A program made the position numbers and the translations under genes. This document shows, piece by piece, positions 18,251 to 26,384 of a stretch of 36,261 bases of DNA. This DNA is from an uncultured bacterium (GTDB lineage: Bacteria; Actinomycetota; Actinomycetes; S36-B12), in NCBI GenBank assembly GCA_903896585.1, contig CAITYI010000221.1:1-36261 (forward strand), given 5' to 3'. Every line of letters begins with the position of its first letter. Position 1 is the first letter of the stretch. A model generated the notes under the pieces. It was not told the DNA's origin, did no database searches, and saw nothing but the letters and a program-made list of their open reading frames with translations.

Positions 18251-18649
18251 CTACTGTTCGCCTTCGGTGCGTTTACGCCACCGATCTTCCATGCGATCCA
18301 TGAACCCACCAGACTTTGGCGGCTTGGGCATTTTGGTAATAGGGGTTTCGGTATCACTGCCATCTGTACTTGAGTCTGCAATGACCGTCCGAGTAGTGAA
18401 CGCGGTGTAAGTGATTACGGCGCCGATTAACATGACGGTGAATCCCGCAACGCCCAGTGCCGGAGTAAAAGCTACGCCAGCAAGAAGAAGACCGAGTCCT
18501 GCGAGCACTGCGAGTACGCCGAGTGCCGCACGACCCCGGCTAGCGCTGCCGCCAGCGGTTCGAATATTGGTGGCGAATTTGGGGTCGTCTGCGTAGAGGG
18601 CTTGTTCCATTTGCTCTAGCAGTTTTTGCTCGTGCTCAGAGAGTGGCAT
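18251..18649 (-). CDS. DUF3040-family membrane protein
   Basis: 132 aa. Canonical N-terminus MPLSEHEQKLLEQMEQALYADDPKFA followed by two TM helices. Confidence 0.88.
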   Translation of the reverse strand: MPLSEHEQKLLEQMEQALYADDPKFATNIRTAGGSASRGRAALGVLAVLAGLGLLLAGVAFTPALGVAGFTVMLIGAVITYTAFTTRTVIADSSTDGSDTETPITKMPKPPKSGGFMDRMEDRWRKRTEGEQ

Positions 18650-18793
18650 CTGAGCCCCCTTTCGGCGAGATGGTGGGTGACCCCACCGGACTACCCCAAG
18701 GATATGACGAATATCCCTCGAGGCAAACCGTTGCCCCTAAATTCTTGGTAATAATGGCCAGTTGGGGGTCATTTTCCAGAATTTCGGACATAT

Positions 18794-20032
18794 TCATTCC
18801 CCTGCTTCGGCCGAATCGACTCCCGTGACCGTTCGGCCCGGCTTGACCGCACTTGGTCCGTACTTGGAGCGCAACTTGTCAATTGCGAGTTCAGCGTCTC
18901 GACGGCCGTGTTCTGGCGCACCCATGAGTAGTTGCTCTGGGGCATCGGCCGCAGGTACAAGTCCATCAACTTTTACTCCAACCAGTCGGATTCGGACCCG
19001 CTGTAACCCTAGAGCTTGATACAAATTCCATGAAGTTGTGTAAATGTCATGTGCGAGATCGGTGTAGGCACCAGTTTTGGATCGGGTAATTGTGGTGAAA
19101 TCTGCAAATCGAAGTTTCAAGGTAATTGTTTTACCTTGATAGCCGGCGGAACGCAGCCGCCCTGCCACTTTGTCAGCAAGATGGGTGATCTCAGCTCGAA
19201 TTAATTCCGGATCGTCGATGTCGTACGCAAAGGTGTTCTCATTGCTCACACTCTTTTCAGGTTCATGTGGATTGACCGTGCGCGGATCTCTACCCCACGA
19301 CAGTTCATGTAGCGCACCTCCCGAAGCACCCAGTGCTCGAGTGAGAGTGGTAACCGGAGTATTCGCAATATCGCCGACAGTGTGCAGCCCCAAGCGAATG
19401 AGTTGCTCCTCAGTTTTCTCTCCCACTCCCCACAAAGACCCGATGGGCAATGGATGGAGAAAATCAATGACCGAATCAGTCGGGACCAGGAGCAGCCCAT
19501 CTGGCTTTGCCCGAGTGGATGCAAGTTTCGCCACAAATTTCGTGGATGCAATACCAACGGAACAGGTAACGCCCTGCTCATCAAATACTCGAGCACGGAT
19601 TAACTCTGCAATTCTGACCGGGTTTGAGAGCCGGCGGAGAGCCCCGGATACATCGAGGAATGCTTCGTCAAGACTAATGGGTTCAACAAGTGGGGTGATG
19701 GATTCAAAAAGAGCCATGACATTCCGGCTTACTGTTGCGTACTTGTCATGATGAGGAGTAAGAATGATGACCTCCGGTGCAATTCGCCGTGCACGTGAGA
19801 GTGGCATGGCCGAATGCACACCGAGTTCACGGGCTTCATAGGTTGCGGTTAATACCACTCCTCGATTGCCCTGTGCCGCGATGATGACTGGCTTCCCCTG
19901 AAGTTCCGGGTAATCTCGCAGTTCCACCGACGCATAGAAAGCATCCATGTCAACATGCAAAATATTGCAGCCGGTGTCATTGGATCCAAATCCAACTTTC
20001 CCGCTGGGACGCCGCACCTGACTTCGACTCAC
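18794..20032 (-). CDS. dinB: DNA polymerase IV (Y-family, catalytic residues intact)
   Basis: 412 aa with HVDMDAFYASVE and SLDEAFLDVSG catalytic acidic motifs. GTG start with GAGGAG 6 nt upstream. Lies 51 nt downstream of dnaE2 on the same strand. Confidence 0.92.
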   Translation of the reverse strand: MSRSQVRRPSGKVGFGSNDTGCNILHVDMDAFYASVELRDYPELQGKPVIIAAQGNRGVVLTATYEARELGVHSAMPLSRARRIAPEVIILTPHHDKYATVSRNVMALFESITPLVEPISLDEAFLDVSGALRRLSNPVRIAELIRARVFDEQGVTCSVGIASTKFVAKLASTRAKPDGLLLVPTDSVIDFLHPLPIGSLWGVGEKTEEQLIRLGLHTVGDIANTPVTTLTRALGASGGALHELSWGRDPRTVNPHEPEKSVSNENTFAYDIDDPELIRAEITHLADKVAGRLRSAGYQGKTITLKLRFADFTTITRSKTGAYTDLAHDIYTTSWNLYQALGLQRVRIRLVGVKVDGLVPAADAPEQLLMGAPEHGRRDAELAIDKLRSKYGPSAVKPGRTVTGVDSAEAGE

Positions 20033-20083
20033 TCACTACTCCTCGTTGATAAATTGATTATGCCCGTACATGAACCAAATTCG

Positions 20084-23000
20084 TTACCAACCTGGCGTTC
20101 CTGGAGACCGGTGCCAAAGTTTGGCGGGAGGGTTCGGGGTCGAAATATTTGAATATGGCGACTGTCGAAATCCACTGGCATGTACCAAGGCCACCCGCTT
20201 GCCAGTGGTATCGGTATCTGGGATTGGGTGAGCGAGGACATGCGCGTTGGCTGCTGAAAGCCCACCATCGATCCAGAGTTTTCGAATGACCCCCAGATCC
20301 CAGCAGCCGGTGGCCCGCAATGAGATACCTCGTGGTCCGGTTCGGCGGGTAACTCCACGCACCAAGAGAATCCAGGAATTAAAAAGATCATGAGCAAATG
20401 GACCTTGGGCATCTTCGAAAAAGGTGGCATCGAGTGGTCCGGTGGAATCGTCAAGGGTGAGGAAGACAACGCGTTTGCCGCTTCGGACGGGTGGCATTTG
20501 AGTGGCTACTTTCACCCCTGCAATAAATATTGTTTCTTTTGATCGGCAGCGCAGCAGGTCACGCGACTTAACAACATTCAGTGCCGTGAGGCAATCGGTA
20601 TAAAAATCCATGATGTGGCCGCTGACATCGAGGCCAAGAACTTCAAGCTCAGCGCGGACACGCTCGGCCGCGTTCATCTCGGGTAGTCCAGCACTAGCCC
20701 CCGCTAACTGAGTGGACGAAGGGAATTCCGCAGAACCCAACTGGGCAATATCAAAGGACAGCTGTGATGTTGCGACAGATTTACCGCGAGCTAGGTCTGC
20801 AATCTGGAGAAGTAGATCGCGGCGAGTAATGCGACTCCCTGACGCGTGCTGATTCAATCCATGCTTATTGAATCCATGCTTATTGAATCCGTAAAGGGAG
20901 TCAAACCCTCCAGCAACCACAAGGTTTTCCACCACCGGGGTGGCTGGACGAGCTCGTTGCCACAGGTCAGAGAGAGATGAATACGGCTGACCGTGAATGA
21001 GTCGATTAATTTCTTCCTGTGAGATTTCCTTTACATCGGTGAAAGGAATTCGAATACCCCACGAAGATGAAGAGTCTTCTACTTCTTCGAGTCGATATGT
21101 ATCTGCAGAGTGATTAACATCTAATCCGAGAATTGGCACTCCGAAGTTGCGGGCATCGTCAAGGATTAACCGTTTGGGATACATGCCTGGATCGTGGGTG
21201 AGTAATCCGCAATAGAAGGCAGCCGGGTGATGTGTCTTTAACCAAGCAGATTGATAGGTGGGCAAAGCAAATGCTGCGGCATGCGCCTTGCAGAAACCAA
21301 AGGATGCAAAGGCGCGAAGAATCTCCCACACGCGATCAACCTGTTCAATTTGATAACCCCGTTTCAGCGCAGCGGGATAGAACCACGTGCGGACTTCACT
21401 TTGCCCTTCTGGTGAACCCATGGAGCGGCGGTATTCGTCTGCCTCGGCTAATGAGCAGCCGGTGAACACACTAAAGGTACGAAGAACCTGTTCGTGATAC
21501 ACAACAACGCCATAGGTTTCTTCAAGTGCTGGCTGCAGATCCGGGTGTGGGTACTCTGTTTTATTCCACCCCTGCCGGGCGCGAAGAAATGGATTGATCA
21601 TGTCGGACTTCACCGGACCTGGGCGGAAGAGGGAGATATCGATGATCAAATCATTGAATGTTTCTGGGGCAAATTTACCCACCAACTCCCGCTGACCCGG
21701 CGATTCAATTTGAAAACAACCTAGTGTTCGCGTTGATTGAATGAGCGCAAATGTCTCAGGGTCGTCAAGGGTTGTTCCGTCAATGATCGGCCGCTCCCCC
21801 GTGACCCGCTCTGCTTCATTGAGTGCGTGCGCCATGGCAGATTGCATGCGCACACCGAGGACATCAAGTTTGAGTAGACCCATGTGTTCTACATCGTGTT
21901 TATCAAAGTGCGACATGGGGAACCCGGCAGCGCCATTTTGCACGGGGGTTCGATCCAACAAGGTGAGATCTGATAGCACCACGCCACACGGATGCATGGC
22001 AACGTGACGCGGCAACCCGTCAAGAGCCTCGACCAAACTCAGGAAGTTGTCGAGTTCGCCTTGAGCCGCCAATCGGCCAAAAGATGAGTTTCGGAGTTCC
22101 GGAAGATCTTCAAGGGCAGACTTCACGTTGCGCGCCCGAATGTGGGGAAATGCTTTGGCAAATGCATCGATGTCTGAGCTGGGCATGCTGAATGCCATGC
22201 CCACATCTCTGATAGCAGAACGTGCTCGATATGTCTCCATCATGGAAACCGTTGCAATTCGATCACTACCAAATTTGTCAAAGATCCACTGATATACGTC
22301 AAGTCTGCGATCGGATTCAACATCGATGTCAATATCCGGAAGAACCCGTCGCAGCGGGGTAAGGAAACGTTCCATGAGCAGGTTTTGTGCAATGGGATCC
22401 ACCCCGGAAATACCTAATAGGTAATTGACCAAACTGCCGGCACCTGAACCCCGTGCGGCAACCCGAACACCGCGCTCTTTGATCATGTCGACGACATGGG
22501 CCACGGTCAGGAAATAACCGGAAAAGCCGAGATGGGTAATGGTGCGCATTTCCTGTTCAAGTCGATATTTAGCGACCGCGCGATCGTCGGTTCGGGTATA
22601 GCGCACCGGCAGTTCTGTTTCGCATCTTTGTAATAACAGTGAATTCGCTTCTCGCTCTGGTTCAGCAACTGGACGCCCGAGAAGAACATCGAGTTCGGGG
22701 ACAAAGACTGACCCCAATCCCAGGTCGGCTTCAGGATCAAGTGCGCAGTACTCGGCTAAATGTCTGGTATCGCGCAGAAGTTTGCTTGGGTCGCGCTCAC
22801 CCATGTGCTGACAGATCTCGGTGGCAATCTGCTGCATCTCAGCACCACTTTTGAGATACCCTTCGCCACTATTGCGAGCGAGATAACGTGAGTCGAGGGA
22901 AATGATTTGTCGTGCAGCATCTAAAAGATCGGCAACGCGAGCTTGGTCTGGAGTGAGGTGGCGAACCGCATTGGTCAAAATGGCCGGTAATTTTTCGCTG

Positions 23001-23635
23001 CGTGCCCATGACAGTAGTTGTGCCGCATTCGTGGTGGAGTATTTATGTCCGCGACCTTCTCGGTGCGAGGTAATTGAAACCCCTAGGTAACGATCAAAGA
23101 TTGCGCGCCACGGCCGAAGGAGTGCAGCGGCTCGGTGAACCTTCCCTGCACTGAGCACCTGTCCTACTTCAGATTCGGCGCCGAGAAGCACCACGATTCC
23201 AGTGTGGTGTTGGGAAAGCGCCGCCCAAGAAAGTAGCGGTGATTTATGTGCTGAAGCGTGTGCTGCGGAAACAAGCCTGCAGAGTGAAGCCCAGCCAAGT
23301 GCGTTCACCGCGAGAAGTGTGACCCGTGGCTGAGTTTCGTCTACCCACACGCCGCCGTGCGCAGGGGTGCGCCGGATACCGGCACCGGAGGTAACCCTCT
23401 GTTCGGTGCGCTCAACAGCGAGATCCACACCCAGAACTGGTGCCACTCCCACTTTCATGCACGCTTGTGCCCACTGCACCGCCCCGTAGAGTCCATTGCG
23501 GTCGGTCAAACCAGCAATATTCTGACCCAATTCCGCAGCACGCTGCACGAGTAGATCAGGTTGCGTGGTGCCATATTGCAAGGAATAACCAGAGGCAACC
23601 TGTAAATGCGCAAATGAATCCACCATAAAATCCAC
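20084..23635 (-). CDS. dnaE2: Error-prone DNA polymerase DnaE2 (ImuC-type Pol III alpha paralogue)
   Basis: 1183 aa. Palm motif PDIDIDVESDRR (DnaE2-like ESDxR rather than DnaE1 DIDFDDRRR), LDVLGVRMQS, GFCKAHAAAFAL, and a C-terminal OB region (VVFLTLDDSTGPLDATFF). The first PHP motifs are degenerate: HLQVAS where HxH is expected, and TDRNG where TDHDG is expected. Start is GTG 23635 or ATG 23626. Confidence 0.85.
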   Translation of the reverse strand: MDFMVDSFAHLQVASGYSLQYGTTQPDLLVQRAAELGQNIAGLTDRNGLYGAVQWAQACMKVGVAPVLGVDLAVERTEQRVTSGAGIRRTPAHGGVWVDETQPRVTLLAVNALGWASLCRLVSAAHASAHKSPLLSWAALSQHHTGIVVLLGAESEVGQVLSAGKVHRAAALLRPWRAIFDRYLGVSITSHREGRGHKYSTTNAAQLLSWARSEKLPAILTNAVRHLTPDQARVADLLDAARQIISLDSRYLARNSGEGYLKSGAEMQQIATEICQHMGERDPSKLLRDTRHLAEYCALDPEADLGLGSVFVPELDVLLGRPVAEPEREANSLLLQRCETELPVRYTRTDDRAVAKYRLEQEMRTITHLGFSGYFLTVAHVVDMIKERGVRVAARGSGAGSLVNYLLGISGVDPIAQNLLMERFLTPLRRVLPDIDIDVESDRRLDVYQWIFDKFGSDRIATVSMMETYRARSAIRDVGMAFSMPSSDIDAFAKAFPHIRARNVKSALEDLPELRNSSFGRLAAQGELDNFLSLVEALDGLPRHVAMHPCGVVLSDLTLLDRTPVQNGAAGFPMSHFDKHDVEHMGLLKLDVLGVRMQSAMAHALNEAERVTGERPIIDGTTLDDPETFALIQSTRTLGCFQIESPGQRELVGKFAPETFNDLIIDISLFRPGPVKSDMINPFLRARQGWNKTEYPHPDLQPALEETYGVVVYHEQVLRTFSVFTGCSLAEADEYRRSMGSPEGQSEVRTWFYPAALKRGYQIEQVDRVWEILRAFASFGFCKAHAAAFALPTYQSAWLKTHHPAAFYCGLLTHDPGMYPKRLILDDARNFGVPILGLDVNHSADTYRLEEVEDSSSSWGIRIPFTDVKEISQEEINRLIHGQPYSSLSDLWQRARPATPVVENLVVAGGFDSLYGFNKHGFNKHGLNQHASGSRITRRDLLLQIADLARGKSVATSQLSFDIAQLGSAEFPSSTQLAGASAGLPEMNAAERVRAELEVLGLDVSGHIMDFYTDCLTALNVVKSRDLLRCRSKETIFIAGVKVATQMPPVRSGKRVVFLTLDDSTGPLDATFFEDAQGPFAHDLFNSWILLVRGVTRRTGPRGISLRATGCWDLGVIRKLWIDGGLSAANAHVLAHPIPDTDTTGKRVALVHASGFRQSPYSNISTPNPPAKLWHRSPGTPGW
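20852..20896. repeat. In-frame 15-bp tandem repeat (2 copies plus a degenerate third) inside dnaE2
   Basis: Plus strand reads attcaatccatgctt / attgaatccatgctt / attgaatccgtaaag. It encodes YGFNKHGFNKHGLNQH, in a linker before the C-terminal OB region. Confidence 0.85.
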
Positions 23636-23650
23636 CCCAAAGGTGAGAAT

Positions 23651-24085
23651 TCAGCCCACGCGCTGTAGTCGTGCGTTGCCTAACGGAATACTCGATTGCT
23701 CCAACAGGTTCAATGTCTCGGCAACTTGCAGAAGAAAGCGGTCAGCATCACGGATGAGATCATCAGCCTCGCGTGCGGTCACACACGGTATTCCCGCTTC
23801 GGCAGACGCCCGCTTGCGAGCACCTGCCGCAAAAAAATCCGCCCACTCCGCAAACTCAGGAGCAATCTGCGGGAGAACTTCCCACACACTGCGAATTCGG
23901 TGACGACGCGGGCTGGTAGCAACCTGGGCTCGATCGGCAAGTACCGCGGCGGCTGTTCGCAGTGCGGCGAGATGTGCAGCGGCATAGCGATCTTGGGGAA
24001 GAAGTGATTGCCCTGCTTCGCGCAAACTTTCTTTGGCTGAATACAAAAGTTCAACCGCTGGACGTTGGGTGAATTTCCCCACCAT
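23651..24085 (-). CDS. SAV_6107-family HEPN-like small protein
   Basis: The core RYAAAHLAALRTAAAVLADR...SPRRHRIRSVWEVLPQIAPEFAEWADFFAAGARKRASAEAGI...READDLIRDADRFL matches my recollection of the SAV_6107 HEPN family. Start set at ATG 24085 (GAAGGGA SD) rather than the GTG at 24130. The stop lies 15 nt before dnaE2. Confidence 0.7.
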   Translation of the reverse strand: MVGKFTQRPAVELLYSAKESLREAGQSLLPQDRYAAAHLAALRTAAAVLADRAQVATSPRRHRIRSVWEVLPQIAPEFAEWADFFAAGARKRASAEAGIPCVTAREADDLIRDADRFLLQVAETLNLLEQSSIPLGNARLQRVG

Positions 24086-24230
24086 GATGTCTATCCCTTC
24101 GAGTCGAGGTGACCGGCTAATACCTGTCACAACATCTATCTATTTCTCGACCCGAGCTGTAGTTGTTTTCGACCCATTCCTTAATTCATTGGCTTACTGT
24201 TCACTGACTTACTTACCGTTCACCTAGAGA

Positions 24231-24269
24231 CAGTCACCGGGGTCGGGGTCGAGACGACCCCGGTGACTG
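24231..24269. other. Perfect 15-bp GC-rich inverted repeat with a 9-nt loop, between the LexA box and the HEPN-like gene
   Basis: cagtcaccggggtcg - gggtcgaga - cgaccccggtgactg. One extra A-T pair can form at 24230/24270. No U-tract on either strand. Confidence 0.85.
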
Positions 24270-24381
24270 TGATCATGTGGCAGCTTGCGCTGCTCTACTG
24301 ACCTGACCCGCACCTAGCCGCGAATCCAGGACCGGGAGGCAGTTCGAACACCTGTGTTTCAGCAGGCTCTGACACCCACCT

Positions 24382-24397
24382 TCGAACAGATGTTCGA
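24382..24397. promoter_or_regulatory. LexA (SOS) box, perfect actinobacterial consensus
   Basis: TCGAAC-agat-GTTCGA, a perfect palindrome. It lies in the 452-bp divergent region between the HEPN-like gene (ATG 24085, minus) and the ybaK-like gene (24538, plus). Confidence 0.8.
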
Positions 24398-24537
24398 ACA
24401 AGTCAAAGATAGACCGGGCCACTGACATCCGTCAACCCGGCCCACCAGATATCCACAAAAGACACCTAATTTATGAGGAAATTGAGTTCATTTGTGAAGG
24501 GGAACTAGATCAGACTCCCCTGATTAGACTTCCCCGC

Positions 24538-25020
24538 ATGAGCGAAACCACCGAACAGCAATCTGTGATCCACGTCCGCAATACCCTCAAACTCCTGGGA
24601 GCCCGAGGGGAAGTTCGTCGACTCGATGACAGCGCTCGCACCGCCCAAGAGGCTGCCTCAGCGCTGGGGATCCAAGTGGGACAAATTGCCAGTTCACTTA
24701 TTTTTCTTGCCGATGGCAAACCTGTTCTGGTGATTGCATCGGGCAAACATCGAGTTAATACCAACACTATTGCCGCGATTCTTGCTGTCGCGGAAGTCAC
24801 GAAAGCAACCGCTGAAGATGTTCGTCAAGCCACCGGATTTGCCATTGGCGGAGTTGCACCGGTCGGTCACCCTGAGCCGCTGCCCACCATCATTGATATT
24901 TCACTCAGCCAATACGACGAAGTCTGGGCAGCCGGCGGTCACCCGCATTATGTATTCCCCACCAGCTACGACGAACTACTGCGCATCACAGCGGGCGAAG
25001 CTGCCGAGGTGAGTGTTTAG
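24538..25020 (+). CDS. YbaK/EbsC-family aminoacyl-tRNA deacylase domain protein
   Basis: 160 aa with TAQEAASALG...IASSLIF...VLVIASG...V pattern and GGVAPVGH, typical of YbaK/ProX-type editing domains. No obvious SD. Confidence 0.75.
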   Translation: MSETTEQQSVIHVRNTLKLLGARGEVRRLDDSARTAQEAASALGIQVGQIASSLIFLADGKPVLVIASGKHRVNTNTIAAILAVAEVTKATAEDVRQATGFAIGGVAPVGHPEPLPTIIDISLSQYDEVWAAGGHPHYVFPTSYDELLRITAGEAAEVSV

Positions 25021-25025
25021 AGCCC

Positions 25026-26234
25026 TCATGGCGCGCTGAATTGAATCAGCAGTTCGCGCGGACACCGGAATGCCGGTGTCGGGCGCCAATCGATGGGCTC
25101 GTTGAGGATCCTCGCCCCGGGAAGGCGAGGCAGCAGCATGGAGATGAGTTCCTCCGTCTCCAATCGCGCCAACGCGGTACCGGCGCAGAAATGCTCGCCA
25201 TGGCCGAAAGTCAGGGGGGCAGGGCCACCGCGAGTGATGTCCATGCGGTCAGGATCGGGATAAACGTCGGGATCGCGGTTCGCCTGGGCCAGGTTGATCG
25301 CAACCAACTGGCCCGCTCGGAGGCTTACGCCCTGCAGGTCGAGGTCGCGCGCGGCCACGCGGCTGATGACTTGCGAGGGACTCTCCAGACGCCCGACCTC
25401 AGCGACGGCGCCCGGGATCAGTGAGGGATCTGACAACATAAGTCGGAGTTGATCGGGATGCTGCAGGAGCAGGATCATCGAGTTTGCCATCAGGCTCGTG
25501 GTCGTTTCATGCGCCGCGTTGACGATACCGATGAGGTTCGCCACAACTTCATCATCGGTAAGGACTCCGGCCGATTCATCCTGAAGCAACTGACCCAAGA
25601 GCGAGTCCTCGGAATCAGCGGGCGGATTGCGCAGTTGATGAGCAACGTAGTCGCGCATGTGTTTCGTAGCATCCATCGCACGCTTCGTGCGTACCTCAAT
25701 GGAATCAGGGCTCGAAGCTAGCCAGCTGTAGAAGTCGCTCGTCCACTGACGAAGTTGAGTGACATCGGCGGGGGGAAAGCCGAGCACCAGCAGAATGATC
25801 TTCGATGGAATCGGTAGGGCGATATCCTTGAGGAAGTCCACCGGCTTGGACCAGTCGATGCCGTCCAGGTGGTCTCCGATGACTTCTTGGATCATCGGCG
25901 CGTACGTGCGCACCCGAGCCGCAGTGAAAGCATCACGCATCTTCACCCGCAGCATGCGGTGTCGAGGACCGTCTGTCATGACGAGTCGGTCATGGAGAAT
26001 GGCTGCCAAGCACTGAGCCGGAATGTCGTCAGGAACCCGGCTCAGTCGATCCTGCACACGATTGTTGCTGAAGTTTGCAGCGTCCAAGAGCACGGACTTC
26101 ACGTCGGCGTACCGAGAGATATACACGTGGCCGGTCTCCGGTTGCAACCAGACAGGTGATTGCTCGGCCATGGCGCGGTACGTCGGATAGGGGTCGGCGA
26201 TGTAATCCGGTCCGTGGAGGACATAGTGAGCCAT
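25026..26234 (-). CDS. Cytochrome P450 monooxygenase
   Basis: 402 aa. Heme-binding loop FGHGEHFCAGTALAR, I-helix AAHETTT, and ExxR (EVGR). Convergent with the ybaK-like gene with only a 5-nt gap. Confidence 0.92.
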   Translation of the reverse strand: MAHYVLHGPDYIADPYPTYRAMAEQSPVWLQPETGHVYISRYADVKSVLLDAANFSNNRVQDRLSRVPDDIPAQCLAAILHDRLVMTDGPRHRMLRVKMRDAFTAARVRTYAPMIQEVIGDHLDGIDWSKPVDFLKDIALPIPSKIILLVLGFPPADVTQLRQWTSDFYSWLASSPDSIEVRTKRAMDATKHMRDYVAHQLRNPPADSEDSLLGQLLQDESAGVLTDDEVVANLIGIVNAAHETTTSLMANSMILLLQHPDQLRLMLSDPSLIPGAVAEVGRLESPSQVISRVAARDLDLQGVSLRAGQLVAINLAQANRDPDVYPDPDRMDITRGGPAPLTFGHGEHFCAGTALARLETEELISMLLPRLPGARILNEPIDWRPTPAFRCPRELLIQFSAP

Positions 26235-26320
26235 GACTTAAGGGTAAGACTGTTCAGGTCAGAGCGGGTGGACGTTGACCAACTCCGGCTCTTGAGCGGG
26301 TTGTAGAAACCACAGGCAGC

Positions 26321-26365
26321 GTTGCACCGGTCGGCCACCTTGGACGAACTGCTGCGCATCACTGC
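26321..26365 (+). pseudogene. Relic of a second ybaK-like 3' end (two homology blocks with an internal deletion of about 94 nt)
   Basis: gttgcaccggtcggccacc (26321-26339) differs at one position from ybaK 24853-24871, which encodes VAPVGH. ggacgaactgctgcgcatcactgc (26342-26365) matches ybaK at about 24969-24992 (YDELLRITA) with 2-3 mismatches. The two blocks are now in different frames. Weaker similarity may extend upstream to about 26285. Confidence 0.6.
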
Positions 26366-26384
26366 CTGGTTAAACCACGTTTAC

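Noticed and set aside
18636-18791. A 51-codon minus-strand ORF filling the dinB-DUF3040 spacer (MSEILENDPQLAIITKNLG...)
   Set aside because: It has an ATG and a GGGGAA 5 nt upstream. However, it has no hydrophobic or otherwise recognisable features, it overlaps the DUF3040 start out of frame, and this spacer must also hold the DUF3040 promoter and SD. There is not enough evidence to call it.
19170-19751. Large antisense ORFs, including 19170..19751, 7833..8249, 1101..1538, 29015..29452, 32426..32956, 31757..32152, 25041..25424 and 20029..20469
   Set aside because: Each lies fully inside a confidently identified gene on the opposite strand or in another frame. They have Arg/Ser/Pro-rich compositions typical of shadow frames and lack SDs or recognisable motifs.
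18794-20032. Reading the Y-family gene next to dnaE2 as ImuB
   Set aside because: ImuB proteins lack the catalytic acidic residues. This protein retains DMDAFYASVE and SLDEAF, so it is a bona fide DinB/Pol IV.
20084-23635. Reading the large Pol III alpha gene as the replicative DnaE1
   Set aside because: The size (1183 aa) resembles DnaE1, but several features are DnaE2/ImuC-like: the ESDRR palm context, the LDVLGVRMQS segment, the degenerate PHP metal ligands and the C-terminal OB arrangement. The locus also sits behind a LexA box next to dinB.
24231-24269. An 18-codon minus-strand ORF (MITVTGVVSTPTPVTVSR) spanning the hairpin, as a possible leader peptide
   Set aside because: It has no SD, and its composition simply mirrors the palindrome. 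The structure itself is the more parsimonious feature.
24344-24359. Possible second LexA box TCGAAC-acct-GTGTTT
   Set aside because: Only the left half-site matches. The right half has 4 mismatches out of 6 to GTTCGA. I treat it as a lone half-site; it might still add weak cooperative binding.
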